In this document: positions 49,302 to 63,491 of the stretch, piece by piece
How positions within the stretch are numbered: the stretch's first letter is position 1
How the letters are laid out: the number at the start of each line of letters is the position of its first letter
Assembly (NCBI GenBank): GCA_026023565.1
Contig: JAPETS010000023.1
Location: 62,001-126,000, forward strand
DNA: 64,000 nt
Origin: Cirrosporium novae-zelandiae
Taxonomy: Eukaryota
Reading direction: 5' to 3'
Translations under genes and position numbers: made by a program
Notes under the pieces: generated by a model
Told to the model about the DNA's origin: nothing
What the model saw: only the letters and a program-made list of their open reading frames with translations
Databases searched by the model: none

Positions 49302-50563
49302 TTAGATACGAAGTATTGTTATTACCTGATCCGCAATATCAGAGAACGCCTTAGCCCTCTCACTTGAGGGTTCCGCGACAATAGTTGGTTTCCCGCGATC
49401 AGCATCCTCGCATATTCGAGCGTGAAGCGGTATACTTCCGAGGAACGGTACATTGTGATTCTTGCATTCGCGAACCACACCTTCCGAACCGAATATGTGA
49501 GTGCTCTGATGACAATTAGGACAGGTGAAAACTGCCATGTTCTGGATCATGCCGATAATCTATCCATCGATATGGTCAGTTTGCCAAATCAAACAGCCGG
49601 AGAATATAATAGCTACCGGCACATTAACTTTTTCAAACATGCTAATACCCTTGACAGAGTCCTTGAGAGCGATATCCTGGGGTGTGGATACAATCACAGC
49701 GCCTGCATTCACTATTAGTTTATGAAATCCATTATCAATTAAAATAGTAATCGAGTACCGTCAAGATTGACTTGTTGGGCAATCGTTAGTTGAGTATCCC
49801 CTGTCCCTGGGGGCAAATCAAGAACAAGAATATCCAGTCCACCCCAATCAACCTCGTGAAGTAATTGTTGTATTGCTTTCATTACCATCAATCCTCTCCA
49901 AACTACTGGTGTCTTTTCATCAACCAGGAATCCCATTGACATGGACTTAACACCATAATTTGAAAGCGGAAGCAGTTGATTATCTAAAGTAAATCTATTA
50001 GGTGATTATTCTAGGAAGGTGGATGGACTGAACCACGAATGCATACTTGAAGATAAACGAGGCTCTCCAGACAGATTTAGCAAGGTAGGGATAGAAGGAC
50101 CAAAGATATCTGTATCCAGGATTCCGCTCCGTAGGCCCCGACGAGCAAAGGACAATGCCAAGTTGACTTAAAGAGATTATAAGCCTTCTGAAACCATATC
50201 GTAGACGTGGGGCAAAAAATAGAATATCATGACATCAAAAAACACTTAAGCTCCCCATAATCTTCAACTTTCACACGTATTACAAGATTGAACTGAATGA
50301 CATTTTCTGAAACGGACCTGAGATCGTAGACTTTCCAACGCCCCCTTTTGCAGATGACACTGCAATCACCTTCTGAACATCTCGGATATTGCGCTTTTGG
50401 GGAAGACCTCGTTGTCTTCGAGGTAGCTCTGGGGGAGCACCAGATCGTGGAAGCCCCTGAGTAATTTTTATTAATATTATAATAACTAATGTAGATAACA
50501 AGTATTTACCAATGGATTTTCATGTTGTAAATATTTCCAACTGGAAAAGAACCTTCTCTTCAT
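49302..50563 (-). CDS. IND1: Mitochondrial Mrp/NBP35-family ATPase Ind1 (NUBPL), complex I Fe-S assembly
   Basis: Presequence-like [22 protein letters not shown]-loop [45 protein letters not shown] and CPNC; several introns; no N-terminal Nbp35 Cys cluster. Confidence 0.9.
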
Positions 50564-50748
50564 ATTCTTAAATATAAAGTATTGCTTGGTGATGATATTG
50601 CTGAACAGCAAAGAGCTTGCTCGCTTGGACTTTCCTTAAATACCAACGAAGCACAAAATAGGTAATTTTTCGCGACAAATCTAACATTTTTCCTCCGCAA
50701 CATTGAAACATCTAATTATTTTACTCTTCTTTCTAGCTAAACAAAATC

Positions 50749-52540
50749 ATGGCGCCCATCAAAAGCCTCGCAGAGCAGGTTGCCGAGCTAGAGGATCCTG
50801 TCCCGCAAGGTAAATATAATCTCTCTAAAAATTATAATATTTCCCGCGGCCCGAAGCTAATTCTTAGCCGCGTAGACTTTGATCCTGAAGACGATCCTAA
50901 GCCTCAAGTTGAAGATGACAGTTCCGACACCTTTGGACGTGAGGAAGCAGACAGAAATGCACGCGAGCACTATCTAAATGTTGGGTATAGTTATTTTCTT
51001 CCCGTTTTAAGGATTTCATCTATTAACGGTTACTAGAAAGAGCGAACTGCGCAATCAAGACGAGGTTGCTCTAGGCCCCGAGTATCAAGGCACCCAAGTC
51101 AATCGCGACGCTTTATATGCAGAAGAAGAAGAAGAAGAAGAAGAAGAAGATGATGATGATGATGACCCATTTCCGAGAAGCGTAGATGAAGAAGAAGTAG
51201 AGGAATCAGAGGTCTTGGGCTCGGAGGATGATGACAAAAGCCTCGAATCCGGTCATAAGAACGTGCTATCAGTGGTCGCTCAAGAAGAGTCTAAAAATTC
51301 AATTGCTGAAAAGAAACAAAATGGTGGGAGGTCCCAGGCCGATAGCATCAATGGAAAGGTACCGAATAAAAGGCCTGCAGGCGACGAGGTGAGCAGTGTA
51401 GATGCATCTGAAAGCTCAGAAGAGGATGACGAAGATCAGGATATGGAAGAAGCTACAAATGATAATGATGAAGATGAGGCTGGCGGATCCGAGGACGACT
51501 CGGGGTCTTCTGAAGAGGAGAACGAGCGTACTACTCTTCGTAAGATGATGTCTTCCTCAACCAAAACCCTAGCGCATTCCCTCTCTGTCGCCACTCAGAT
51601 GGACATACAGAAAGGGCGCGCTCTAAAACGCCAGCGGTTAGCTTTTGATGCGCTTTTGAATACACGAATTAAACTGCAGAAGGCGTTAGTTGCTACTAAT
51701 ACCATTCCAACTCTTCCTAAAAGCTCTTCTGAGGAGGATAACTTCGCATTACAAGCAGCAGAGTCCGCAGCTCTAAAGCTCTGGACTACCCTTGATAACG
51801 TCCGTTCTTCTCTTCCCTCTACCTTAGAAAAGTCATCTACCAAGCGAAAACGTTCCCCATTCTCGACACCCTCACACGACACTCCCTTATCAGATCTCTG
51901 GACTCACATGCAGGCTCATGAGAAAAGTGTACATGCTCAGTGGGATCGAGTTCTAAACAAATGGTCATCCCGGTTGACGCCCGCAACCTCCCTCTCATCT
52001 AATAAACTAAACCCTACATCCCACCAACAGACCCCTCTTTCGAATGTTCTTTCAACCCATCTCAATCCACCTTCTTCGAACCGACTTTTCAAGCGTGTAC
52101 ACACACCAAGGTCATGTGCTCCTATACAATCCCAACATGGTGTTGAAGAGGATCCGGATATCTATGACGATGGCGACTTTTATCAACTCCTTCTCCGCGA
52201 CCTCGTTGATCAGAAGATGCAAGATTCATCCTTAGGCAATGGTAGCAATCCCCTAAGCAATGCCAATGTTTCCAATTTACATGTTCCATCCATGCGGGAA
52301 ACCAAGGTCAAAAAGCACGTTGATACCAGAGCCAGCAAAGGCAGAAAAATGAGATATAATGTTCATGAGAAGCTGCAGAGCTTCATGGTGCCGGAGGACA
52401 GAGGAATATGGACTGAACGTGCTGCCCAGGAATTATTTGGTAGTTTACTAGGGAAGAGTGGGACCTTACAGGAAGAAGAGGGTGGCGTTAGTGAGGATGA
52501 GGACGTGGAAATACAAGGATTGAAACTATTTAGGGGCTAG
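50749..52540 (+). CDS. BFR2: Ribosome biogenesis protein Bfr2 (AATF/TRAUB family)
   Basis: Introns 50810-50875 and 50985-51036. Acidic N-terminal half; motifs FDALLNTRIKLQKAL, IYDDGDFYQLLLRDLV and VDTRASKGRKMRYNVHEKLQSFMVP. Confidence 0.93.
51122..51163 (+). repeat. Coding trinucleotide tract (GAA)9(GAT)5, poly-Glu/Asp in Bfr2
   Basis: Read directly from the sequence; in frame within BFR2 exon 3. Confidence 0.9.
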
Positions 52541-52687
52541 ATTCGGCAGGTTTATCGAGATAGGGAAGCGATTAAAGATCCGTGTGTGTGTTTTCAATTT
52601 AATACTTCGGCAAACCTGACATATTCGATGGTAGGGCCAAAATAAGTTGATGTTTATTTCGGACACACTCCTCCGATGATGCATCGC

Positions 52688-52724
52688 CCCCACAGCCCCA
52701 CGCGGACTACATCAACCCGCGGGG
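52688..52724. promoter_or_regulatory. Three CreA/Mig1-type SYGGRG motifs upstream of the SDR gene
   Basis: CCCCAC at 52688 and 52696 and GCGGGG at 52719, 230-265 bp upstream of ATG 52952. Confidence 0.45.
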
Positions 52725-52951
52725 AAACGCTCTGATGAATTGTTACACCTTTAAGAACTGTAAAGACCCTGAAGTACTTTTGAAAGTATGATGTGGATCC
52801 AATTAACGTGGTTGTCGATTATATCGCAGGCTCAATTATTTATTTAAAATCTCTAGCCCTCGATGGCTTACTCTCTTTTCCTTTTCTTCTCTTTCAGTTT
52901 GTTTTCCGGCCTTAACACTGGTTCTACCTTTTCTTTCTACTTATTGTAACC

Positions 52952-54142
<1,191 letters not shown>

Positions 54143-54241
54143 ATATCTTGAATAGTATTTTTCAAAATAGATGTAGAGATATTTTGAATATCATCCAGTG
54201 TTACCTATCTATACTTCACTGTATCCTTTTGCGTCTTTCAA

Positions 54242-55847
54242 TTAATCCGATTCCGGCAAATTCGAAATGGGTTTTTGACCATAAACATCATACCTAGTAG
54301 ATTTATTAGTATTTGATCACATTCACCAATTCGGACTACTAACACAGCATAGTAACCGTGGATCTTCCTAGACATGACCTCCTTCCTCACATCCACCAAA
54401 AACACTTCAACCTCTTCACTCTTCCATCCCAAAGCCAGTGTAAACAGCTTCATCGACAGCGCCTGCAATCCATCAAGGAGGTTCTGTCTTGCCCACAGCC
54501 CTAAGGTTTTGTAGTGTTTATCCTGGGGCCAGTCATTGATTGGCCAACGGAAGACCTTTTCGCTGATATTGGTAAAGCCGGAATCTCGAAGCATCTGCCC
54601 ATACTTCTGGACGTTGGTTAAAGGCCTTCCTAATTTTGCCCCAGCTTCGACCATCAACTTGGACCATTTGTACACAGCTGAACCTTCAATTGTCTCGTCA
54701 TCGGCATACATCGGCCAGGCAACATCAGGGATCTCGAGCCAACCTCCCGGCTTCAGATTGCTAGTTCGGCAGATTCAGTGATTTAGGGGCAACTAGTAGT
54801 AGAGGCTGAGGTTGGAGGCATACTCATAGCATCTTTGAATGACTTTACTAATATCCATAAAAGAACCCACCATTCCCCTCATGTTGATAAAGTCGAATTT
54901 CTTATTGAATGTCCATTCGGCTTCGGCATCATCGACCATGAAAGAAACGTTTGGTGGCACGCTGTTGATTTGTGAATTTCTTTTTTGCTGGTACTCTTGA
55001 ACACGAGGTCTTCTTACAATGAGGGTTGAATTGGTGATAAGTCTGTCCCGATCACCTCCGCGGATTCGTACATATCGGCTATTGAGTCCAAATCAGCCCT
55101 AAAGTGCAACAGAGTTTTCGAATTTCGTCTACCAAAATCGATGGCCCAGATTCCGGTTCCTTGGCTCAATGTTAGGAGATTATCGTATGGAGCTCAGGAA
55201 GACATTCACAAACCAGTTCCTACATCAAGTACTCTCTGCGGGTCGGTGCCTATGGGTGCGAGAAATAGTTTTTTACCGAAGGTTAAGTGGAACAAATGAT
55301 GTTGAAGATCTTGAATACTTGTTAATTCGTGTGTCCCCTCGTATATATTGTAAAGCATTTGCTGTTACCAAGACGGTCGTTCTCTCTCTACCAGCTTCCT
55401 GTAAGGGATCAAAGGGTCCAAAACAACGGATTTGCAGGCACACCTCATCATTCGGGTATAAATACGCTACGAACATACCAATGGCATCAGCTCAGTATTT
55501 CCATTGCGACACCCGCTATTAACGTGTGAAAGTATGGATGACGTCTGCTTACAGCCCTCCTTGTACGCATGATACCGACGGCCATTCTCCATACGATAAG
55601 CCATAATCGACGATGCTACAGATGTTGTCTCTGAAGCACTATATCATATATCGCCATATTTAGCTTTTGCTGTTTCGCATTCGATGAAAGGGTGGAACGC
55701 ATACACATCATCGCTGCCGAGCGTGGAATCATTATCTTCAGCATTAGGCTAGGGGTATTGAATTTTAGGATCGCTCAAGCAAGAACATTAAGTCTGGGAA
55801 GGCAATAAGCTTACATCTACCTCGAGGGCAGGGCCGGGAGTAGCCAT
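54242..55847 (-). CDS. SAM-dependent methyltransferase, LaeA-like family, 11 exons
   Basis: Spliced protein has ENGRRYHAYKEG/SYLYPNDE/RENDRL/DLQHH, VLDVGT/GTGIWAIDF, GTDLSPIQP, PPNVSFMVDD, NLKPGGWLE and VYGQKP. Confidence 0.9.
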
Positions 55848-56922
55848 GATCCAAGAGTCCAACCTAGATAAATCAAACTGAAATTTTGTATAAAAAAAGA
55901 AAGTCCAGGGTTATTAAAAATAAGTGGTGAAATAATCAGCTGAATTCGGCAAAAGCAATGAATAGTACAAGAATAGTACGGGATCTTTAAAAATCGAGGA
56001 CCCAATAGCATATTTATGGGATTTTCTTCGGTCTTCCTCATGGGTTTTCCCTACTCGCTGCCATATTACTGCAGTTTCCAAGGTCCAGCGGCCGGTCCCG
56101 TATTCGTCGAATCAATCGAAACGGCACAGGTTCACCAAGCACACGATACGTACCACCGGTGGAAAAGCCCCACCTCAGTAGAGGTGGCAAAATCGCATCG
56201 GCATGTTAAGCGAATGTGGAATCCGAGCGATCCAAGAGCTGAGAAAAGGTAGGCTAAGGTTGTTCAAATTCAAGGCTGCAAGATGTGCAGGCATTGTGAG
56301 GAATTGGCAAAAACGGTGATACATAGCGAGGGGATAACAATCTCATTAAGCGTGCTTTATACGGCCGTCGGAAGAATTAGGGCGGGGCCGCGGTGCATGT
56401 TGATCAGTCTGCATAGGTGGAGGATAATCCAGTAAGTTGATTGGTTGGAGTGTGCGGAGACCAGACGGAAGTAAGGAGTACAAAAGAACTGATATGGAAG
56501 GCAGTTAAGACCCCTTACGGGATGAAATTACGAGGTTGAACGGTCGGATATTTAGGTTATTCAAAATCATTTGCATTGTCTTTCAAGAACAACTTCATGA
56601 GGATTGGCGATACCGGAGGAAGATGGCTGGAAATATATTCCTAAGCGTGTCCTACCTCACACAAAAACTCGTTCGATTAAGCAGGTCCACAGCAAGCTGG
56701 AGAAGGAGTACGAAGCCCCTGACTGGCTTCCAATGTAATTATATTTTGGTATTTTCAAGATTCCGTCCATCAATCCACATCTAGTATAATTTATTCATTG
56801 TTGAGAGCTCCTGAAGTTGCATTTACACGTTAGCTCAATCTGTGCCGCAACGCCTAAATAAGTGTCACAAGAGACATAAGAAAATCTGCAGGTCTTCCAA
56901 ACCATGATCCAATCCCCTATGC

Positions 56923-57965
56923 CTAGTAACCTTCATCTTCACCTCCCCCGTGCTGGTAGATGTGACGACTCCGCGTAGGGTCCTTGCGCATTTCTTGCCC
57001 CGATCCAGTGAAACCGACTAGAAAGATACTGTTAGTAGGCAGCATTATTGGAGTTGAAAGAAAGGACCTTACCTCTAGCGTTGACTCCTTCAGGTGTTCT
57101 GAACATGCTTTCCTTCTTTGATGCCTTTCCCATCTTGCCTTTCGACGTAAAATCTTTCCACTTATTCTTTCCTGCTTCCAATTCCTTGTTTGCCTTGACT
57201 TTGCGCGGTATTTTGGCCGGCCTCGTGGGGCCATCACTAACTTTACTCGGTTCCCTCTTCGCCTGACTCGCTAAGGCCGGGTTGATGTCTGCTGCTGCTG
57301 ATATCACATTCGCGCTCACGGGCGTGGATGCCGAAGTCGGCGTTCCTGGTGTTCCATCAGCCTTTCGCTTTCTGGTTTCATTGGACATAGGCCGTATATC
57401 CTTCGCTGACACAGTTTCGGTATTGCCGTAATTCTTAAACGTCACAATGTATACTGGCTTGCTCGTTGACCCTGTAATAGAAGTAATTCGTGCTGGGTAG
57501 AAAGAATTATCGCCAGAAACCCACTTGGCAAGGACAGTGTCGTTTACAGAGAATGTTGCGGGTTGCTGTGATTCTTCAACTCCATTTTGTGACGGGGTGG
57601 GTTTGCGATACCCGGCTTGAAAGGCAGGATGATTTTCTTTTGACCATTTTTCCTTGACAGGTAATGGGGGAGATTTGTCAGGTGATGCTAGAGCTGGGGT
57701 TGGTCTTAATTCTGCAATTGCAGTTTGAGTTATCTCGATAACATTTTCAAGTTCCTTTTTCAGGTCTTGGAGCTCGCTATTGTCGGGATCTGCTTGTAAA
57801 CTTGACTGGACGGTCTCAAGCTGTAAATTGAGGTTAAAGGTTAGTCAGTGGATAAAAATTGAAGCGGGAGAGATGCAAAGAAGGTCGAAAGGAGAATAAA
57901 GGGTGGCTTACCTGAAGTTTGTACTCTTTCACCTCACCCTCAAGGGCAGCCACTTCACTACTCAT
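56923..57965 (-). CDS. SPF30: Tudor-domain splicing factor Spf30 (SMNDC1-like)
   Basis: Introns 57911-57821 and 57072-57018. Motifs YKLQ/LETVQSSLQADPDNSEL, Tudor core VLAKWVSGDNSFYPARITSITG...YIVTFKNYGN and KKESMFRTPEGVNAR/VGFTGSG. Confidence 0.9.
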
Positions 57966-59621
57966 TATTTATTGGATATCGACAAGTAATGCGCAGGAGG
58001 AGTTTACCAGTGATCAGATATAGATCAGAAACGAATGCGGTAGGTTGTGCTTGTGAGTATCTTGGCTGTTGTGACAATAGACAATAGATCTACGAGAAGA
58101 TAATACTAGTAGTCACTGCTGTCAAATTAGGAAGAGCCCCTTCACGTGACTTTGGAAGCAAAGTTAGAACGGCGGCTTTTGACTTCTTGCGTGTTTTTCA
58201 ACGTCATGCCTCCTCTCCACGGGATAGATATTGGTCATCCCGCGATCACAGTTCCTAGCATCCCTTCTATGTTTTGCATGCAGATGCAATAATTAACAGT
58301 ATATTTTCTGCAGCTGATACAGGTAGGACTGCATTTGTTTTTGTTCTGTCTTGTATTCTTGTCCCTAAACTTGCTCCCCAGGAAAACTACTAGGCACGGG
58401 GCAGATACGAGTCCTTGATACTTTTAAGCTATATGTGGCTAGACAAAGACTCGAGATATAATAGCTCCATCAGATATGATAACATAAAGGTCAGAAAAGC
58501 CCAAAACAAGCTTAAAATGGCATTGCGATATTTTGAAATGTTCTAGAGATGATGATACGTATTGAAGCCACTGTGTCATTCCTTCATCCACAATACCTAA
58601 ATTAGATGCAGGTTAAATGGATCAGGGCGTACCTGAAAAGACGGTGCCGAGTAAATTGAGGGTCCGGTCCATGCAAGATATGGAATCATTTTCCAAAGGA
58701 TCAAAACCTTGATTTCTAATCATTCGTTTCAAGTGTTTTGGAATATATCCGACAACGGTTAGATCAATTCACGGGTAAGAGTTTTCATTGGAAAACCCCT
58801 TGCCGTTTTTGATCGCTATGGCCTGCCACAGGTCAAGGCCGCATGTAAATCCCTTTCTCATACACAGTACCACGGTACCACAGTACTTTTCATACCACTC
58901 CATACCGCTAAGTTCCCTCCAAAATGGCAAGCGGGCGTTGCTCATCTCATCTCAAAGGTCAAAGGTATTTTTTTCTTCCAGGCCCAGTTTCCCTTCAACC
59001 ACACCAACCACCACCAACGTCCTAATTGCTACAACTTCTTAAGTATTCTCAATAATTGAGTAACAAAGGATATCTCTACTCTATATAACTCTTTCCAGTC
59101 TTTAAACTCCGGACGGAACCTGCTAGAATCAAATTATTACCCCACGTCATCAGATTCTTGCCACATACTCGGTCGGACTTTCCACCTAACCCCGCCGAGA
59201 ACAATTCCCGTTCGCCCTTGAAACTTCAACCTGATATTCCACTGTTGCCTTGTCAATCAATCCATCATCATACATTTCTATCCTACCATCACCTGCATTT
59301 ACCCATTGTCTCATAACATCAACGTCTTCTTGACTATATTAAACCTTTTCGTGATAAGCCGGACCTCCCGCAGACTGGGCTGGGCCCGGTAGTTGTCTTG
59401 TTTTAAGGTGTGCAGATGCTATCCTACTTTAGCTGATTTTGCCATCCCACATAGGTGCTGATGGCCTTCAAAGATAGAAACCAATTAATTCAAAAATCAT
59501 ACTTATTATTTTACTCGTTGACAAGCCTTATCGGTTCGACATTTCGCGTTACCAGACCTACCAAGTGATTGAGTTGAGCACTTGAAGCAAACACGGTCAG
59601 AGCTCTTCGTCTATTTACGCA

Positions 59622-61737
59622 ATGGCCGCCGGTCCTCGTACCAATAACTTCGGTGATAACATCACCGATTTTTATCTCTCCCCCAATCAACAAGACCTTC
59701 TCCTCAATGCATTATCGACAAATAATCATAGCTCTGGATACAGAGGGAATTCGCTCCCAAATTCAGGACAGAAGCAATCCGGTCCAGGACTTGAGACCTC
59801 CCAATTAACGAAGACTAACCCACAACCTAGTGTTGGAGCAGCACAAATATATGAATCACCACAACTACAGAATTTCCCATCTGGCCAGTTGAGTAATATG
59901 AGCCAAGACGAAAGTCCTTTGTTGGACTACGATTACGAGTTCAACGCCGATGGTTCTTTCGACTTCGATTTGCAGAATGGTGATCGAATGATCGGAGAAC
60001 TCCCGAGTACTAGTTCTCTACACGAGGACGATAAAGACAAAGATTTACATGACAAGCGAAAGAGCATTGATGGTCAAGGAAGTGATGAAGGTGGAGGTAA
60101 AAGGGTTCAAGGCGATGAAAAAGCAGCTAAGAAGCCTGGGCGGAAGCTCTTAACATCTGAACCAACTTCGGTCGGTACATCTGTTCACCCGCTATTTCCA
60201 AGAAACTAACATGGTGTATGTATTGCTTTAGAAACGGAAAGCGCAGAATCGTGCTGCTCAACGAGCCTTCCGTGAACGCAAAGAAAAACATCTAAAAGAT
60301 CTTGAGACTAAGGTGGAAGAGTTGGAGAAGGCTTCAGAGTCCACTAACCATGAAAATGGACTCTTGCGGGCTCAGGTTGAACGCCTTCAGATTGAACTCA
60401 GAGAATATCGGAAGCGATTGTCTCTTACTGGAGGTGGACTTGCTCGTTTCTCTCCAAATTCTGGGCCTATTGGAGGTCCGATACGAAACAATTCTACAGG
60501 GAATAACTTCCAGTTTGAGTTCCCGAAGTTTGGAGATCTACCTGGAGCTCATATTTTCAACAACGGTCAACTTGCCAAGGAAAGCAATCTGAAATCCCAA
60601 AAAACTCCCAATGTATCTACATTTGGCTACAAAGCTCCAGGAGTGGTCAACCGAGGTTCAAGTTCAAGTGCCTCGCCGGGTGCTACACCATCCTCGACGA
60701 ATGGAACTCGAGATCAACGAGAAAACTCTGCTTCTCAACAGTCTGGTACTCCAGGGCTTCAAAATGGTAATGCGGGCACTAATCCTAATGGCTTACCGGA
60801 CATTTTCAATTTAAATGGAGGAAATCGGAATATCTCATTTGATTACCTCTCTCGTAATAATTCGTTAAACAGTCTTCATAACAACAACCAATCTAGATAT
60901 CAGCACAACAACAGCTCCAGCAATTCAACGAGCACCGATTCACCCTCAGCCTCGTCGGTCTCCCAGCATGGTCCTGGGTCGTCCGTTTGCACTTCGCCGG
61001 AGTCTACTGGACCATCAATGAATGGTTGCAAGCCTGGAGATAACTGTTTAGATACCATCAATGAGCATGGTGATAGCACTGGTGAGATGTCCTTTTGTGA
61101 GAAGCTTAATATGGCTTGCGGGAACCTCAACAACCCAGTTCCTCGTGCGATGTCTAGGTCTAACGACTCTTCGACAGTTCCGTTTGGTACTGCGAAGACA
61201 CCCCTGGCAGACATCAATGGGATTGATTGGCTGGCCCAACAGAACGGTGGACAATTTGATCCCGTGCTCTTTGGAGATTATCGGGAAACCCAAGATCATC
61301 TCGCTGCCAATAATTTCAGCAACTTCTTCGATGATGCTTTCCCACTTCCTGATTTAGGAAGTCCTTTCAACTTCGAAGATGCGATTTCTAGTCCTAACCA
61401 GCATCCTAGACGGGATTTGATGAAAGAAGTCGAAGCAGCTCAGAATGCCGATGATGCAGAGGAGGTCGTCCCAGGTGAAGACCTTTCGAAAATGCTTCCA
61501 TGCAACAAGATTTGGTTAGTACATTTTGGTTTTTACGTATTAAAAATTCTAACGTATTCAAGGGATCGACTGCAACATAACGAGAAATTCCAATCCGGTG
61601 AGCTGGACGTGGACAGTCTATGCACAGAATTGCGGAATAAGGCCAAGTGTTCGGAGAGCGGAGTAGTGGTCAACGAGAAGGTCGTAGACGATCTTCTCGA
61701 ACGCGTCACACGCAACAAGGCCACATCCTCGGTCTGA
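59622..61737 (+). CDS. yap1: AP-1-like redox-sensing bZIP transcription factor (Yap1/NapA/Pap1)
   Basis: bZIP KKPGRK...EPTS/KRKAQNRAAQRAFRERKEKHLKDLE across intron 60171-60231; n-CRD SFCEKLNMACG; c-CRD CNKIW/DRLQ...VDSLCTELRNKAKCSESG across intron 61515-61562. Confidence 0.95.
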
Positions 61738-63491
61738 ACTTTAAGAACTTAAGTTCCTTATCAATTTCAGACAGGATGGAGGCAAATATTCGGATGACAT
61801 TGGTCATTATTCCCCACTCTTGCTGCATATATTAATGAATGGTTGGGCTGTTTCTTGCAGTCCAAGGCGGTGGCGTTCTTTGCGAAAACTTTTTGGTTTA
61901 GCATAGAAACGACTATCACTGAGCCTATCGGTTGGCGCTGATATCGAAAAATGGCAATACCTGGCAAAGGAAGAAAACGGTTCCCCTTCCCTCGAGCATT
62001 CTAGGACGGGCTTGACATTGTGGCACGCTTTGGTTTTGGGTTTATGTACGATTTTCTTGATTTGAGCTCACCCTACTAGCTTTGACGAGATAACTACTCC
62101 AGTTATTTTTATTTTACCGAGTTGGTATATGATCATGCCGGGAATGTCAGTAGCGATCAGGAAAATTTAATCCATACTTGTGATTTTATTTGATCAAAAT
62201 TTTTGTGTAGCTACTTGCTAGTACCAGGTCACACAGCTACTTACGTGTGGGTAGTTTTCATATACCTTATGTATATGATTGTCGATCAGAATTCGGATAT
62301 TCAAAGGTTCTTATGCATCGACTATTTGGTTAGAGATCGTTAAGACCCCCTTGTCCGTTGACTTTTATCATATTATCCTGACCCAAGAGGTTGCTTTCTA
62401 CTTTCTCGCTCTCTTGAAAACCAGGCCTTTCGTACTTAAACTGAGTCCTCCCCCATCTTTCTTCTACTCTTCAAATAAGCCTTTTGAGTATCACTTTGCT
62501 TCCGACATATCACTACACGTAATGCCGCATCACAACTTCACATCATCTTCCCTTCCATTCTCACTACTAACATTCGCATAATACTCCCAGTTCTTGGTAG
62601 GCTCGGAGGTAGAGGAACAGGAGAGGGTACTGGCCCCAGAGAACGGGATAGGTGAATATAGTTTATAGGGGAGAGGAAACTCAATCTTTAGAAGTATCCC
62701 AATTTCAGAAACCAAAGTTATGTGATTTCCGACAACATCCTAGAGGGGCTTTCGAGCAAGATGAGGTTTAGAATCAGATGAGCTTCCCATAGAAACCGAC
62801 TTTTCATGTGAAATACTAGGAGGTCTCTAGGTAACATGAAGCGGCCGGTTGCTTTGTTTGAAGCCTAGATACCACTTTCATGAGGAATAATCAGTTAGTC
62901 CTTTATTAGTATTTCATTCAATGTATGTTTTATAAATGCAAAGCCAGCAGATAGACAGATTTGGGGGTAATGGTAGGAGGTATAGTCTCTCCCTAGGTAG
63001 TTAGTAGACGGAGGTGGAAATCATTCTTCACTTCTATCACAACGGTTTGGTGCTAACAAGATGAGGGTGTCGAATTCATGAGAATAAATATGTTGTCTAA
63101 TTGAGATTATTCCAAGGAGATCACTTCATATCACGAAACAAGTCAATCCCCACTTGTTCTTTTTTCATCATCACCTTCAACTGGTGAATTGTCAACAGCT
63201 TTGATCGCTTAGCCATCCAAATAAAGAATAGCGTAGAATTTCCCAGGACAGGAGCATCGTCCGAAAATCAAAAGTCCAACTTGAGAACAACTCTCTAAGC
63301 ACATCCACGTCGCCTTCTTCAGATTCTCAATCTTCCACTTCTCTTCTTAATAATATCCTCCTGGTTGGCGTTGGTTCACGGTTGATTCGAGCTTACGACA
63401 ATTATCCCAACACCCATATTCTGTGCGAACGTTCTTAGACCTTCTGGCCTAATAGCCGCTCTCACCTCAACATCTACCTCACACCAGACTC

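Noticed and set aside
50810..50875. In-frame, stop-free 66-nt first intron of BFR2
   Set aside because: Splice signals are canonical and it lies in a variable N-terminal region, so chance is an adequate explanation.
62279..62760. Possible decayed gene on the minus strand
   Set aside because: The frames I translated are broken by stops and show no recognisable domain; needs BLASTX.
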